A stretch of 64,000 nt of DNA from Gammaproteobacteria bacterium (lineage in GTDB: Bacteria; Pseudomonadota; Gammaproteobacteria; Eutrophobiales; Eutrophobiaceae), in assembly GCA_030835405.1 (NCBI GenBank), contig JAURPG010000065.1, forward strand, positions 1,505 through 65,504. The letters run 5' to 3'. Shown here piece after piece: positions 53,118-61,624 of the stretch (positions are counted from its first letter, which is position 1; each line of letters opens with the position of its first letter). The notes beneath the pieces were generated by a model. That model worked only from the letters and a program-made list of their open reading frames with translations. It was not told the DNA's origin and searched no databases. Position numbers and translations under genes: made by a program.

Positions 53118-55955
53118 ATGATTTTTAATTTTAGACAATACTCATATTTACCGACCATTCTAACAGGGGTCAGTCTGATTATATTGATTATCTTTGCTGA
53201 TGTTCAGTACAGAAAACAATATGAGCAGGACTTGCGGTTACAGGTATTGGAAAAAATTAATGTTGTCCGTGCTAACCTCGAGAATCTTATAGCCATAAAT
53301 TCTAATGTAGTGCAAGGCATGGTCGCATTACTAACAGCCAACCCTGATTTGTCAGTAGATGACTATAACAAGTTTGCACGATACTTGTTTGAACAAAATA
53401 TGCAATTACGCAATATTGGTGCCGCGCCTGACTTAATAATCAGGTATATGTATCCGTTGAAAGGCAATGAATCGGCAGTTGGACTGAATTACAGAGAAAA
53501 TAAGGCCCAGCTTGATGCCGTACTTCAAGCACGGGATGAAGGCCGTATGATACTAGCTGGCCCGATTAAGCTGATTCAGGGGGGGGAGGGCCTCATTGCA
53601 CGTATTCCCGTTTTTCAGGATGATAAAGGGGGGCAAGCTGATAATAAATTCTGGGGGATAATTTCGGCCGTAATTGATGCGGACCGGATTTACCATGAAA
53701 GTGGGTTATTGGATGATAACCTGGATATAGAGATCGTTATTCGTGGCAAAGACGGCAAAGGGGCACAGGGGGATATCTTCTTTGGCGACAAGTCTATTTT
53801 TTCCATGAATCCGGAATTAGTTAACGTCTATCTGCCGGGTGGTTCATGGCAAATGGCCGCGATTCCAGAAGGTGGTTGGGTGATGCCATTAAGTGCTGTC
53901 TGGTCCTATCGGTTGATACTTATCTCTCTATTTACATTCGTAATGCCCCTTCTCTATTTTATGAATTATAGTCATTATAGATATAAGGCAAGTACATTAC
54001 TTATAGAAAGTATCATTAAAACAGCCCTGGAAGGGATCGTAACTGCTGATCATGAAGGGAAGATAATAGAGTTTAGTCCGGGTGCAGAACGCATCTTTGG
54101 TTACAGTAAAGAAGAGATTCTGGGTAGTCATTTCACCACGATCCTACCGGAACCCTATAAATCTAAATTTAAACAATACATGTCTGATTACCTTGCCGAA
54201 AGTAAGCCCGGGGTCCATGGGACACAGCAGGAAATTGTCGGGTTGCGCAAGAATGGCGAAGTCTTCCCTATGGAACTGGCAGCATCCGAAGAGCAAAGGG
54301 TAGCTGGAAATCGCTATTTTACCAGTTTCTTACGTGACATCACCGACCGTAAATCTGCTGAGCAAGAGTTGATATCGGCCCGCGATGAGGCTGAAATTGC
54401 CAATCAGGCCAAGTCCAAGTTTCTGGCCAATATGAGCCATGAATTACGTACGCCGTTGAATGCCATCGTTGGTTTTTCGCAGTTATATGAATATGACAAA
54501 GATCTGACTGACAAGCAGAAAGCCAATGCCCGGGAGATACACAAGGCGGGAGAACACCTTTTGTCCCTGATAAATGATGTCCTGGATCTGTCCAAGATAG
54601 AATCGGGGGAAAACAGCATGAGTATGGAATCGGTGTCACTCTCCAGTTTACTGGACGAGTGCCTGAGCATCATCGACCCACTGGCGGAATCCCGTGGGAT
54701 TATTATGGGTTTTGAGTCATCCCAGGGCAGAAACCGATTTGTCCAGGCAGACTATACGCGGCTCAAGCAGGTGATACTGAACCTGCTGTCCAATGCCGTA
54801 AAGTACAACCGTATGCACGGCTATATTGGCATTCGATGTAGTGTAGGGGACCAGGACAACACTGTCCGTATCAGTATCCGTGATACGGCTTTTGGCATTG
54901 ACAAAGACAAGCAGGAGGAATTGTTCCAGCCCTTCAACCGGCTTGGCCAGGAATTTAGTGGTATCGAGGGGACAGGTATCGGGTTGGTGATCACCAAGCA
55001 ATTGGTCGAGATGATGGACGGTGTCATTGGGGTTGACAGCACGCCGGGTGAAGGCTCGACGTTCTGGATAGAGCTGAAGCTGGCCGAGCCGGTTGAATCA
55101 GCAGCCATAACTAAGGCGGCGGTGTCCGTTGCGCAGAATACAATCCCACCGGATGTAAAGCTGTTGATAGCCGAGGACAACCCGGCCAATCAGGCGGTAT
55201 TGGAGCAACAGCTTGAGTTGCTGGGTCTGGCAGCGGATATGGCAGGCAGTGGGGTTCAGGCCTGGGAGTATTGGCAGCAAGGAGGCTATGACATTTTATT
55301 GACGGACATCAATATGCCGCAGATGGATGGTTATGAACTGGTGGACAAGATCCGCCAGGCGGAGCAGGGGACGGGTGAGCATATGCCGATCATCGCGATT
55401 ACTGCCAATGCGATGAAGGAAGACGCCCGGCGCTGCCTGGAGCATGGGATGGATGGATTCATTGGCAAGCCGGTCAATTTTATTGAGTTGCAGGAGACGC
55501 TGGAGCAATGGCTTGTCAGGCGGCCTTGGGCTGTGGCTGTCTCCGGGTTATCGTCGGGTGCATCAGAGGAGGGTGTGGCCATGGAAGGAGACAGGAAAGA
55601 GGCGGTTGATATCACGATGTTGATCAACCTGGTGGGTGATGACAGGGTGAGGCACTGTAAGTTATTTAGGACGTTTATGGAGTCCACGCCTGAAATCATT
55701 GCAGAGGTCCAGTCGGCCCACAAAGCACATGAAGCGGAGACGGTCCGCCAACAAGCTCACAAGTTAAAATCGTCGGCCCGGAGTATGGGGGCGGATGCAC
55801 TGGCGGATGCCTGCCAGGCCCTGGAGGCGGCGGGCAGGGAGGGTCAGTGGGATGAGATTGACAGGCTGGCGCCTGAACTTGAGGGACTGTATTCTAAGGT
55901 GAGTGATTACATTAATAATTATATTCAATTAACCAGGAAGAATTATTATGTATAA
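53118..55955 (+). CDS. hybrid sensor histidine kinase (periplasmic CHASE-like domain, PAS, HisKA, HATPase, REC, Hpt)
   Basis: HisKA 'MSHELRTPLNAIVGF', HATPase G-boxes, REC 'LLTDINMPQMDGYE', C-terminal Hpt 'HKLKSSARSMGA'. Confidence 0.85.
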   Translation: MIFNFRQYSYLPTILTGVSLIILIIFADVQYRKQYEQDLRLQVLEKINVVRANLENLIAINSNVVQGMVALLTANPDLSVDDYNKFARYLFEQNMQLRNIGAAPDLIIRYMYPLKGNESAVGLNYRENKAQLDAVLQARDEGRMILAGPIKLIQGGEGLIARIPVFQDDKGGQADNKFWGIISAVIDADRIYHESGLLDDNLDIEIVIRGKDGKGAQGDIFFGDKSIFSMNPELVNVYLPGGSWQMAAIPEGGWVMPLSAVWSYRLILISLFTFVMPLLYFMNYSHYRYKASTLLIESIIKTALEGIVTADHEGKIIEFSPGAERIFGYSKEEILGSHFTTILPEPYKSKFKQYMSDYLAESKPGVHGTQQEIVGLRKNGEVFPMELAASEEQRVAGNRYFTSFLRDITDRKSAEQELISARDEAEIANQAKSKFLANMSHELRTPLNAIVGFSQLYEYDKDLTDKQKANAREIHKAGEHLLSLINDVLDLSKIESGENSMSMESVSLSSLLDECLSIIDPLAESRGIIMGFESSQGRNRFVQADYTRLKQVILNLLSNAVKYNRMHGYIGIRCSVGDQDNTVRISIRDTAFGIDKDKQEELFQPFNRLGQEFSGIEGTGIGLVITKQLVEMMDGVIGVDSTPGEGSTFWIELKLAEPVESAAITKAAVSVAQNTIPPDVKLLIAEDNPANQAVLEQQLELLGLAADMAGSGVQAWEYWQQGGYDILLTDINMPQMDGYELVDKIRQAEQGTGEHMPIIAITANAMKEDARRCLEHGMDGFIGKPVNFIELQETLEQWLVRRPWAVAVSGLSSGASEEGVAMEGDRKEAVDITMLINLVGDDRVRHCKLFRTFMESTPEIIAEVQSAHKAHEAETVRQQAHKLKSSARSMGADALADACQALEAAGREGQWDEIDRLAPELEGLYSKVSDYINNYIQLTRKNYYV

Positions 55956-57216
55956 ACAAATTAATGATAGTAATAAATTTCTTTTGGTAGATGATGATGT
56001 GGTAATACTCGAAGTAGTAACAATGATGCTTCATGATATGGGGATTAATAATGTTATAACAGGAAAAACGGGATTAGAGGCTATTGCACTTATGGTTAAA
56101 GATAATGACAATGAGGTTAATGTCATTATCTGTGATTTAAATATGCCAGAAATGGATGGCATTCAATTTTTTCGACACCTTGCCGATACGTGCTTTGTGG
56201 GCTCAGTTATTCTGATTAGTGGAGAGGATAATAGAATCTTAAAAACGGCAGAAAAATTGATACGAGAACACAAACTTGATTTATTAGGTGTGTTAAAAAA
56301 ACCAATTAATCCTGAACAGTTAAAAAACCTGTTAAGTAAATTACAAAAAGAATCTACTTCAAAGCCCCAATCAGGTTCAAAAGGTAAAAGTGCCGTTGAT
56401 GTTACTGTGGAAGAACTAAAAAAAGGAATAGAAAATAATGAAATGGCGACTTTTTATCAACCCAAGATCAATTTAATCACAAGAAAATGTGATGGCATAG
56501 AAACACTAGTGCGTTGGCAACATCCCAGTAAAGGCAGGCTATCACCGTTTTATTTTGTTGATATGGCTGAAAACAACGGTCTCATTGATGCATTGACCCA
56601 GTCTGTATTTATAAATGCTATACATGATGCAGCAATACTTGCAGAAAAAGGGCTGTCAATTAACGTTGCAATTAATATTTCTGTTGAAACATTGAATGAT
56701 CTAAGTTGGCCTGACTTTGCCATTGAACAATTAAATAAATATGGGATCAATCCTTCAACTATTATACTTGAAATAACAGAGAGTCGATTGATAGGCAACA
56801 TATCTTCAGCATTGGAAATACTGTTACGTTTGAGTATGAATAAGTTTATGCTCTCCGTGGATGACTTTGGAACTGGTTATTCTTCCCTTGAACAATTACA
56901 AAGAGCACCTTTTACTGAAATGAAAATTGATCGCTACTTTGTAAATGGGGCTTCAAATAATAAATCATTACGCGCAATATTAGAGTCAAGTATTGAACTA
57001 GCAAAAAAACTAGATATGAAGGTTGTTGCTGAGGGGATTGAAAATCAGGAAGACTTGGCACTTATTGCAGAATTAGGTTGTGACCATGTACAGGGTTATT
57101 TTTTCGCTGAACCGATGAATTTTAATGATCTTTTAAAATGGCTAAACCAATGGAGTAGTGATTTATTACTGTTAAAGGATGATGATGCAATTTATGGGGC
57201 ATCTGGACTTAATTAA
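55948..57216 (+). CDS. response-regulator receiver + EAL-domain c-di-GMP phosphodiesterase
   Basis: REC (ICDLNMPEMDG) and EAL motifs ('QPKINL', 'LEITES'). It overlaps the upstream HK stop by 8 nt. Visibly AT-rich compared with its neighbours. Confidence 0.8.
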   Translation: MYKQINDSNKFLLVDDDVVILEVVTMMLHDMGINNVITGKTGLEAIALMVKDNDNEVNVIICDLNMPEMDGIQFFRHLADTCFVGSVILISGEDNRILKTAEKLIREHKLDLLGVLKKPINPEQLKNLLSKLQKESTSKPQSGSKGKSAVDVTVEELKKGIENNEMATFYQPKINLITRKCDGIETLVRWQHPSKGRLSPFYFVDMAENNGLIDALTQSVFINAIHDAAILAEKGLSINVAINISVETLNDLSWPDFAIEQLNKYGINPSTIILEITESRLIGNISSALEILLRLSMNKFMLSVDDFGTGYSSLEQLQRAPFTEMKIDRYFVNGASNNKSLRAILESSIELAKKLDMKVVAEGIENQEDLALIAELGCDHVQGYFFAEPMNFNDLLKWLNQWSSDLLLLKDDDAIYGASGLN

Positions 57217-57289
57217 GGATTAATTGTAACTTGAAGAAATGATAGAAGAATACATATGGGAATTAGTTAAACTTAGAAGATGAAGTTTT

Positions 57290-57740
57290 TGTGAAAATAA
57301 AAGGCGAACTTCAGTGTTTATGGCGAGCGGTTGACCAAGACGGTGAGGTAGTGGATGTATTTCTATAGGCGTGCCGTGACGGTGCAGCAGCGAAGCGGTT
57401 TTTCAAGCGACTATTGAAAGCACACCCTGGTGTGCTGAGGAAAATCGCGACGGATAAGTTAAGAAGTTATGGTGTCGCTCATCAAACACTGATCCCGGAT
57501 GTAATCCACGATACATCAGAGTATGCTAACAGTCGTGCCGAACTTTCGCATCAACCGACGAGGGTGCGAGAGCAGGGCATGCGTCGGTTTAAATCGACAT
57601 TGCAAGCGCAGCGTTTTTTAAGCGTACATGCTGCGGTATACAACTTGTTCAATCTGGGTCGCCATCTGACACCAGCCTGTCATTATCGAGATAGTCGACA
57701 GCGCGCCTTTGCGTCTTGGAAAGATGCGGTAGCGATATAG
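57290..57740 (+). pseudogene. IS6-family (IS26-like) transposase, 3' ~150-codon remnant with an in-frame TAG
   Basis: 'VKIKGELQCLWRAVDQDGEVVDVFL*..AAAKRFFKRLL..TDKLRSYG..HQPTR' parallels IS26 Tnp residues ~85-234. No N-terminal HTH region. Confidence 0.7.
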
Positions 57741-58176
57741 ATTGAAATATGTTGAGGAATAATTCGGTTAGATTAGTTAACTTGTCAATACCTCAGGCCG
57801 TATTGGTATGAACGGTTAAGTCAGGGCAATAGTAAGTTGCTTCAATTAAAAGACTTACAAAAAGAACTCAAGCAAAAAGAAGCAGAATTTGGGAAGAAAA
57901 TCATAAGCACTTTTTCTAAGTTTTCAATTTTACCTCCGCCTGATAAAAGGATATCAGCATGCATCCTCGGTATTTCTTAAAGAAGGTGAATTCCCTGATA
58001 TTTCCCTGTTAAATTAACTTCCACAAATAGAGACAACTTTATCAATGGTTACAATTCAGGCATACAGAAGCATTCGTAGATATAGTTAGCCGTTAATAGT
58101 GAGAATTTCCCTGTATTTTTCCCAGTATCAGGGAATTTGGTGGGAGATACTGGATAGCTGCAGACTACATACACCG

Positions 58177-58219
58177 CCAGACAAAACAAAGGGGCCATAA
58201 AGCCCCCTTTTTTGTCTGG
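58177..58219. terminator. extended palindromic hairpin with flanking A/T runs (bidirectional terminator-like)
   Basis: CCAGACAAAAcaaaGGGGCcataaaGCCCCcTTTTTTGTCTGG. Confidence 0.5.
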
Positions 58220-58291
58220 TCGAAATTGTGATTCGAACCCGAGTAGAGGGTTACGAATCCCAATGCACATGGAAGTGCTGGTGCCGCGTAG

Positions 58292-58650
58292 GCCACGGAA
58301 GGCCGAGAGCGGCCCCTCTCTCCGCTAGATAAAAAAAGTGGACCCACGGTCCCTTTTTTTTATCTGCTGAGTGTAAAGGTTTGATGAGGTCCCTTCGGTT
58401 CGACAAATCTGCCGGGAGCAGATTTGGATGCATGCAGTGCGCCCGCAGGGTGAGCTGCATGGATGGCGCGAGTCAATCCCTCTTTTTAGAAGTATTTGAT
58501 AAGAAGCAGACCCACGGTCCCCTTTTTTTATTTACTGAGTGTAGAGGTTTTATGAGGTCCCTTCGGTTCGACAAATCTGCCGGGAGCAGATTTGTACTCA
58601 CGCAGTGCAAGTGCCATGGAAGGTCGAAAGCGGCCTCTCTCTCCATCATA
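58292..58650 (+). repeat. ~2.5 diverged tandem copies of a ~170-bp unit, each with a GGACC-cac-GGTCC+T8 terminator hairpin and a CAAATCTGC-CGGGA-GCAGATTTG hairpin
   Basis: Units at ~58338-58500 and ~58509-58618. Tails 'GGAAGG(C/T)CGA(G/A)AGCGGCC(C)CTCTCTCC' recur at 58295, 58617. Confidence 0.6.
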
Positions 58651-58761
58651 TATAAATGAACTTTGTATTTCGTTTGATTGTACATATTTATTCCTTACTA
58701 TCCTGTGTCGCTGGAAGCATCTTGTGCTAAAGTTAATTGAGGAATTCTTGGGGGATTATTA

Positions 58762-60663
58762 ATGAAAAACATCATTCGTATTTTCTTTATTTCAATTTAT
58801 TTTATCTTTCTATCGATAGCGTCTGCACAGGACAATTCCATAGCAGACATACTTGGCTATCCGGAAATGATCATCCATAACGCAAAGATAGTCACCATGG
58901 ATGATGACTCCTTCACCTCAAACCCAGGGACCATTGTCGAGGCATTGGCCATTCGGGACTCAGAAATTCTTGCACTGGGAAACGATGATGAGATTCTTAG
59001 ATTAGCCGGGCCAGCCACGCAGATAATCGACCTCCGGGGACGAACAGTACTACCTGGATTTATTCTCACCCATGGACACCCTACTGACAGGATATGGGAA
59101 GCTGGGGGTTATGCCTTGCGCCATGTTTTGCCCGAGGGGAATGAACATATGGTGGTCCGGATCCTGGAAGGCACTGCAGAACAGCAGATTGCCAGTTGGG
59201 AGTCCGTTTTACAGGAAGCGGTGCAAGCAGCAAATCCCGAGCAGTGGATCCTGCTGGGGAGTAACTGGGGCGGCAACTATGAGCACATGCCAAAACTCAT
59301 TGTGGACTTCTGGCGCCACATCACCGTGGAAAGACTGGATGAGTTGGCCCCGAATAATCCTGTCCGTATAAAAAACAGTACAGTTGATGGAATGCTCAAT
59401 ACCCGGGGAATGGAAGAATCAAAACGTGTCTTCCCAAACTACACCGCCCGAGGTAATCGTGGGCCAACGGGGAGGATGCTGGAACCCGATGTCATGCTGC
59501 ACAACAAGGTGGATGTGAATGCCGACCTCCTGGAGGCCGAGTTAGAATTATGGACGGCCCATGGGATTACTTCATTTGGATCCGCACCTTATACGATTAA
59601 TAACCTGGCCGCCTTAACCAAACTGGACAATGAAAACCGCATGACCGGTCGTTTTGGCTGGAGCTATACCGGGCCAGACTTGCACTATCATACCATTCGA
59701 TTGATCTCAGCATTACTGGGCACCGGTTCTGATTATTTATGGAATATAGGGGCTCATGGTGAATTTTCCGGCGGCAGTTGTACCACCTTACCAGCCTCTG
59801 AAAGTATCAAGCAAATCGAGCGGTGTAACCTGGAACCAGGTACCCAGGGACGCAGGGTAAAAGAGGACATCGTCAGGAGTAGGGGCAGGATCGCCGCAAT
59901 GCATTCCGGTGGTGACAAGGACATCGATTATCTGATGGATATCATCGAAGAACAAAGTGCGGCGGCAGGGTTAACCCTCGAACAGATACGCACCTTAAGA
60001 CATGGATTCGATCATGCCTCTGGTGCACCGCGCCCTGATCAAATGCCAAGGATCAAGCGACTGGGGATGATGATCAGCATGTTGAACACTATGCTCTGGG
60101 AAAACAATCGCGCCTATGATGCCTCCTACCGGGTGAAAAATTATGGCGAGGAATATGCCCATTACATCGTCCCCAGAAATAGTGTGACAAAAGCAGAAAT
60201 CATGAATAGCCAGGAGATAGACCGGCCATTACCGCATTTCATGTTTTACAATATCTGGGTGGGGATGACCCGCTATAACGAGGCATGTGAACGGTATTAT
60301 GCCCAGGAAGAAGGCACCGATCTCGTTACCCAGTTAAAGTCTTCTACCATATGGGGGGCTTATTACCTGTTGAGAGAGCATCGTATAGGTTCACTTGAAA
60401 AGGGCAAGCTGGCAGATTTTATGGTGCTGGACCAGGATGTCATGTCAATTCCCACAGAAGATATTCCCAATGTAAAAGTATTGATGACCGTTCTGGGTGG
60501 CAAGACCTTGCACCTGCTGCAGGGCCTGGGTGATGAACTCGGGATGGACCCGATTGGTCCGGCCACCTGGCCGTTAAGGCCACTGGAGACCCGTTTCGTA
60601 TTTAAAGGCCCGCCAAATGTCTGCCCCGCTATCAGGCCAGATGGTTATCCCGGTCGGATTTAA
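58762..60663 (+). CDS. amidohydrolase-family metal-dependent hydrolase (secreted)
   Basis: Signal peptide; 'LPGFILTHGHPTD' HxH metal motif; ~630-aa amidohydrolase_3-like. Confidence 0.7.
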   Translation: MKNIIRIFFISIYFIFLSIASAQDNSIADILGYPEMIIHNAKIVTMDDDSFTSNPGTIVEALAIRDSEILALGNDDEILRLAGPATQIIDLRGRTVLPGFILTHGHPTDRIWEAGGYALRHVLPEGNEHMVVRILEGTAEQQIASWESVLQEAVQAANPEQWILLGSNWGGNYEHMPKLIVDFWRHITVERLDELAPNNPVRIKNSTVDGMLNTRGMEESKRVFPNYTARGNRGPTGRMLEPDVMLHNKVDVNADLLEAELELWTAHGITSFGSAPYTINNLAALTKLDNENRMTGRFGWSYTGPDLHYHTIRLISALLGTGSDYLWNIGAHGEFSGGSCTTLPASESIKQIERCNLEPGTQGRRVKEDIVRSRGRIAAMHSGGDKDIDYLMDIIEEQSAAAGLTLEQIRTLRHGFDHASGAPRPDQMPRIKRLGMMISMLNTMLWENNRAYDASYRVKNYGEEYAHYIVPRNSVTKAEIMNSQEIDRPLPHFMFYNIWVGMTRYNEACERYYAQEEGTDLVTQLKSSTIWGAYYLLREHRIGSLEKGKLADFMVLDQDVMSIPTEDIPNVKVLMTVLGGKTLHLLQGLGDELGMDPIGPATWPLRPLETRFVFKGPPNVCPAIRPDGYPGRI

Positions 60664-60667
60664 TCTT

Positions 60668-60991
60668 ATGTATAGAATTATCCTCCTTGTTTGTTTTGGT
60701 CTGACACCCCTGCTTTTACAACCAGTAATGGCAGGGGATGAGGATATGCTAACGCCATATGCAGAATTTGATCCGGAGACCGGATTTTTTCTCCCTCCCG
60801 AGGAGTCACCACCTGCAGACAGTCAACAGGAAAGCATGCCGATTATTGCCGAAAAAAACAATGAAAATAAAAACTTAGATAGTTTCGTTGAAGACCCACA
60901 AGGCAATCCTGTTTATATGATCGTTGCCCTGCTATTAGTATCTATATTAATAGTATTTGGGGTAGGAAAAATCTACAGAAAAGATAAATAA
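60668..60991 (+). CDS. small secreted/C-terminally anchored hypothetical protein
   Basis: ATG directly after the amidohydrolase stop. Signal-like N-terminus and C-terminal TM 'MIVALLLVSILIVFGVG'. Confidence 0.4.
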   Translation: MYRIILLVCFGLTPLLLQPVMAGDEDMLTPYAEFDPETGFFLPPEESPPADSQQESMPIIAEKNNENKNLDSFVEDPQGNPVYMIVALLLVSILIVFGVGKIYRKDK

Positions 60992-61624
60992 ATAAATTAA
61001 AATCAATAAGTTAAAAAATAATCAATTTTAATTTCCCCCAAGATTATTAGTTTACACTTCTAATAATTTTCTAATTCAATACGTGGATAAAAGCGATTCA
61101 CTTAATCGGCCTGTGAGCCCTGGCAAATATCGCTTGGAATTTACGGTTTGCAGAACCATATAAAAAAATATTTAAAAACAATGTGTTAAGTAATAATCTC
61201 GCTTGTTTGTGAGTGCTAACACGAACAAAAAATGAGATTATCAAATCAGTAACTTGAGTAATTCTTATATCTTATTGATTTATAATAATTATTTGATAAT
61301 GTCCCGGTCAATTTTAAAATATTCTCCAGTAGAAAAATTAATCGATAATTATTTCTCAATATAACGACAATTTATATCAAGACAAGGATAATTAGCTTAT
61401 AATTTAAGTATGAGCTGTGTAATTTTTTTAGGGTGTTTTGCGTTAATTTTAAAGTAATGGTTTAGGTTGCGAGATTTACGTCACAGTTTTGTGCGTTTTT
61501 TCCTGTAAAGGTAATTATTTATACGGGGATGGCACCAAATCTGCATAGATAACTTTCAGAGTAAACATGAAATGTTTAGTTGGGTGTCACTGGATAAATG
61601 TTAAGAAAATTAATAAATAAACTG

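Noticed and set aside
52870-53121. 83-aa + strand ORF spanning tRNA-Ser and the first IS6 fragment.
   Set aside because: It runs through a tRNA gene. Its only protein-like part is the 28-codon IS6 transposase tail, which is already explained as a repeat fragment.
58230-58330. Possible minus-strand tRNA or tRNA-Sec/tmRNA-like gene suggested by GGTTCGAATC and CCTCTCTCC motifs.
   Set aside because: No consistent acceptor/T-stem pairing or anticodon arm could be folded on either strand. The T-loop-like core is part of a long perfect hairpin (GATTCGAACCC/GGGTTACGAATC). I read it as repeat or att-derived sequence, not a functional tRNA.
58381-58659. 92-aa ORF 'MMRSLRFDKSAGSRF...' (and mirror minus-strand ORFs 58251..58460, 58473..58685) as protein-coding genes.
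   Set aside because: The ORFs read straight through two intrinsic-terminator hairpins and exist on both strands only because the underlying DNA is a tandem repeat. They are kept only as a sub-hypothesis (short RBS-preceded peptides) under the repeat finding.
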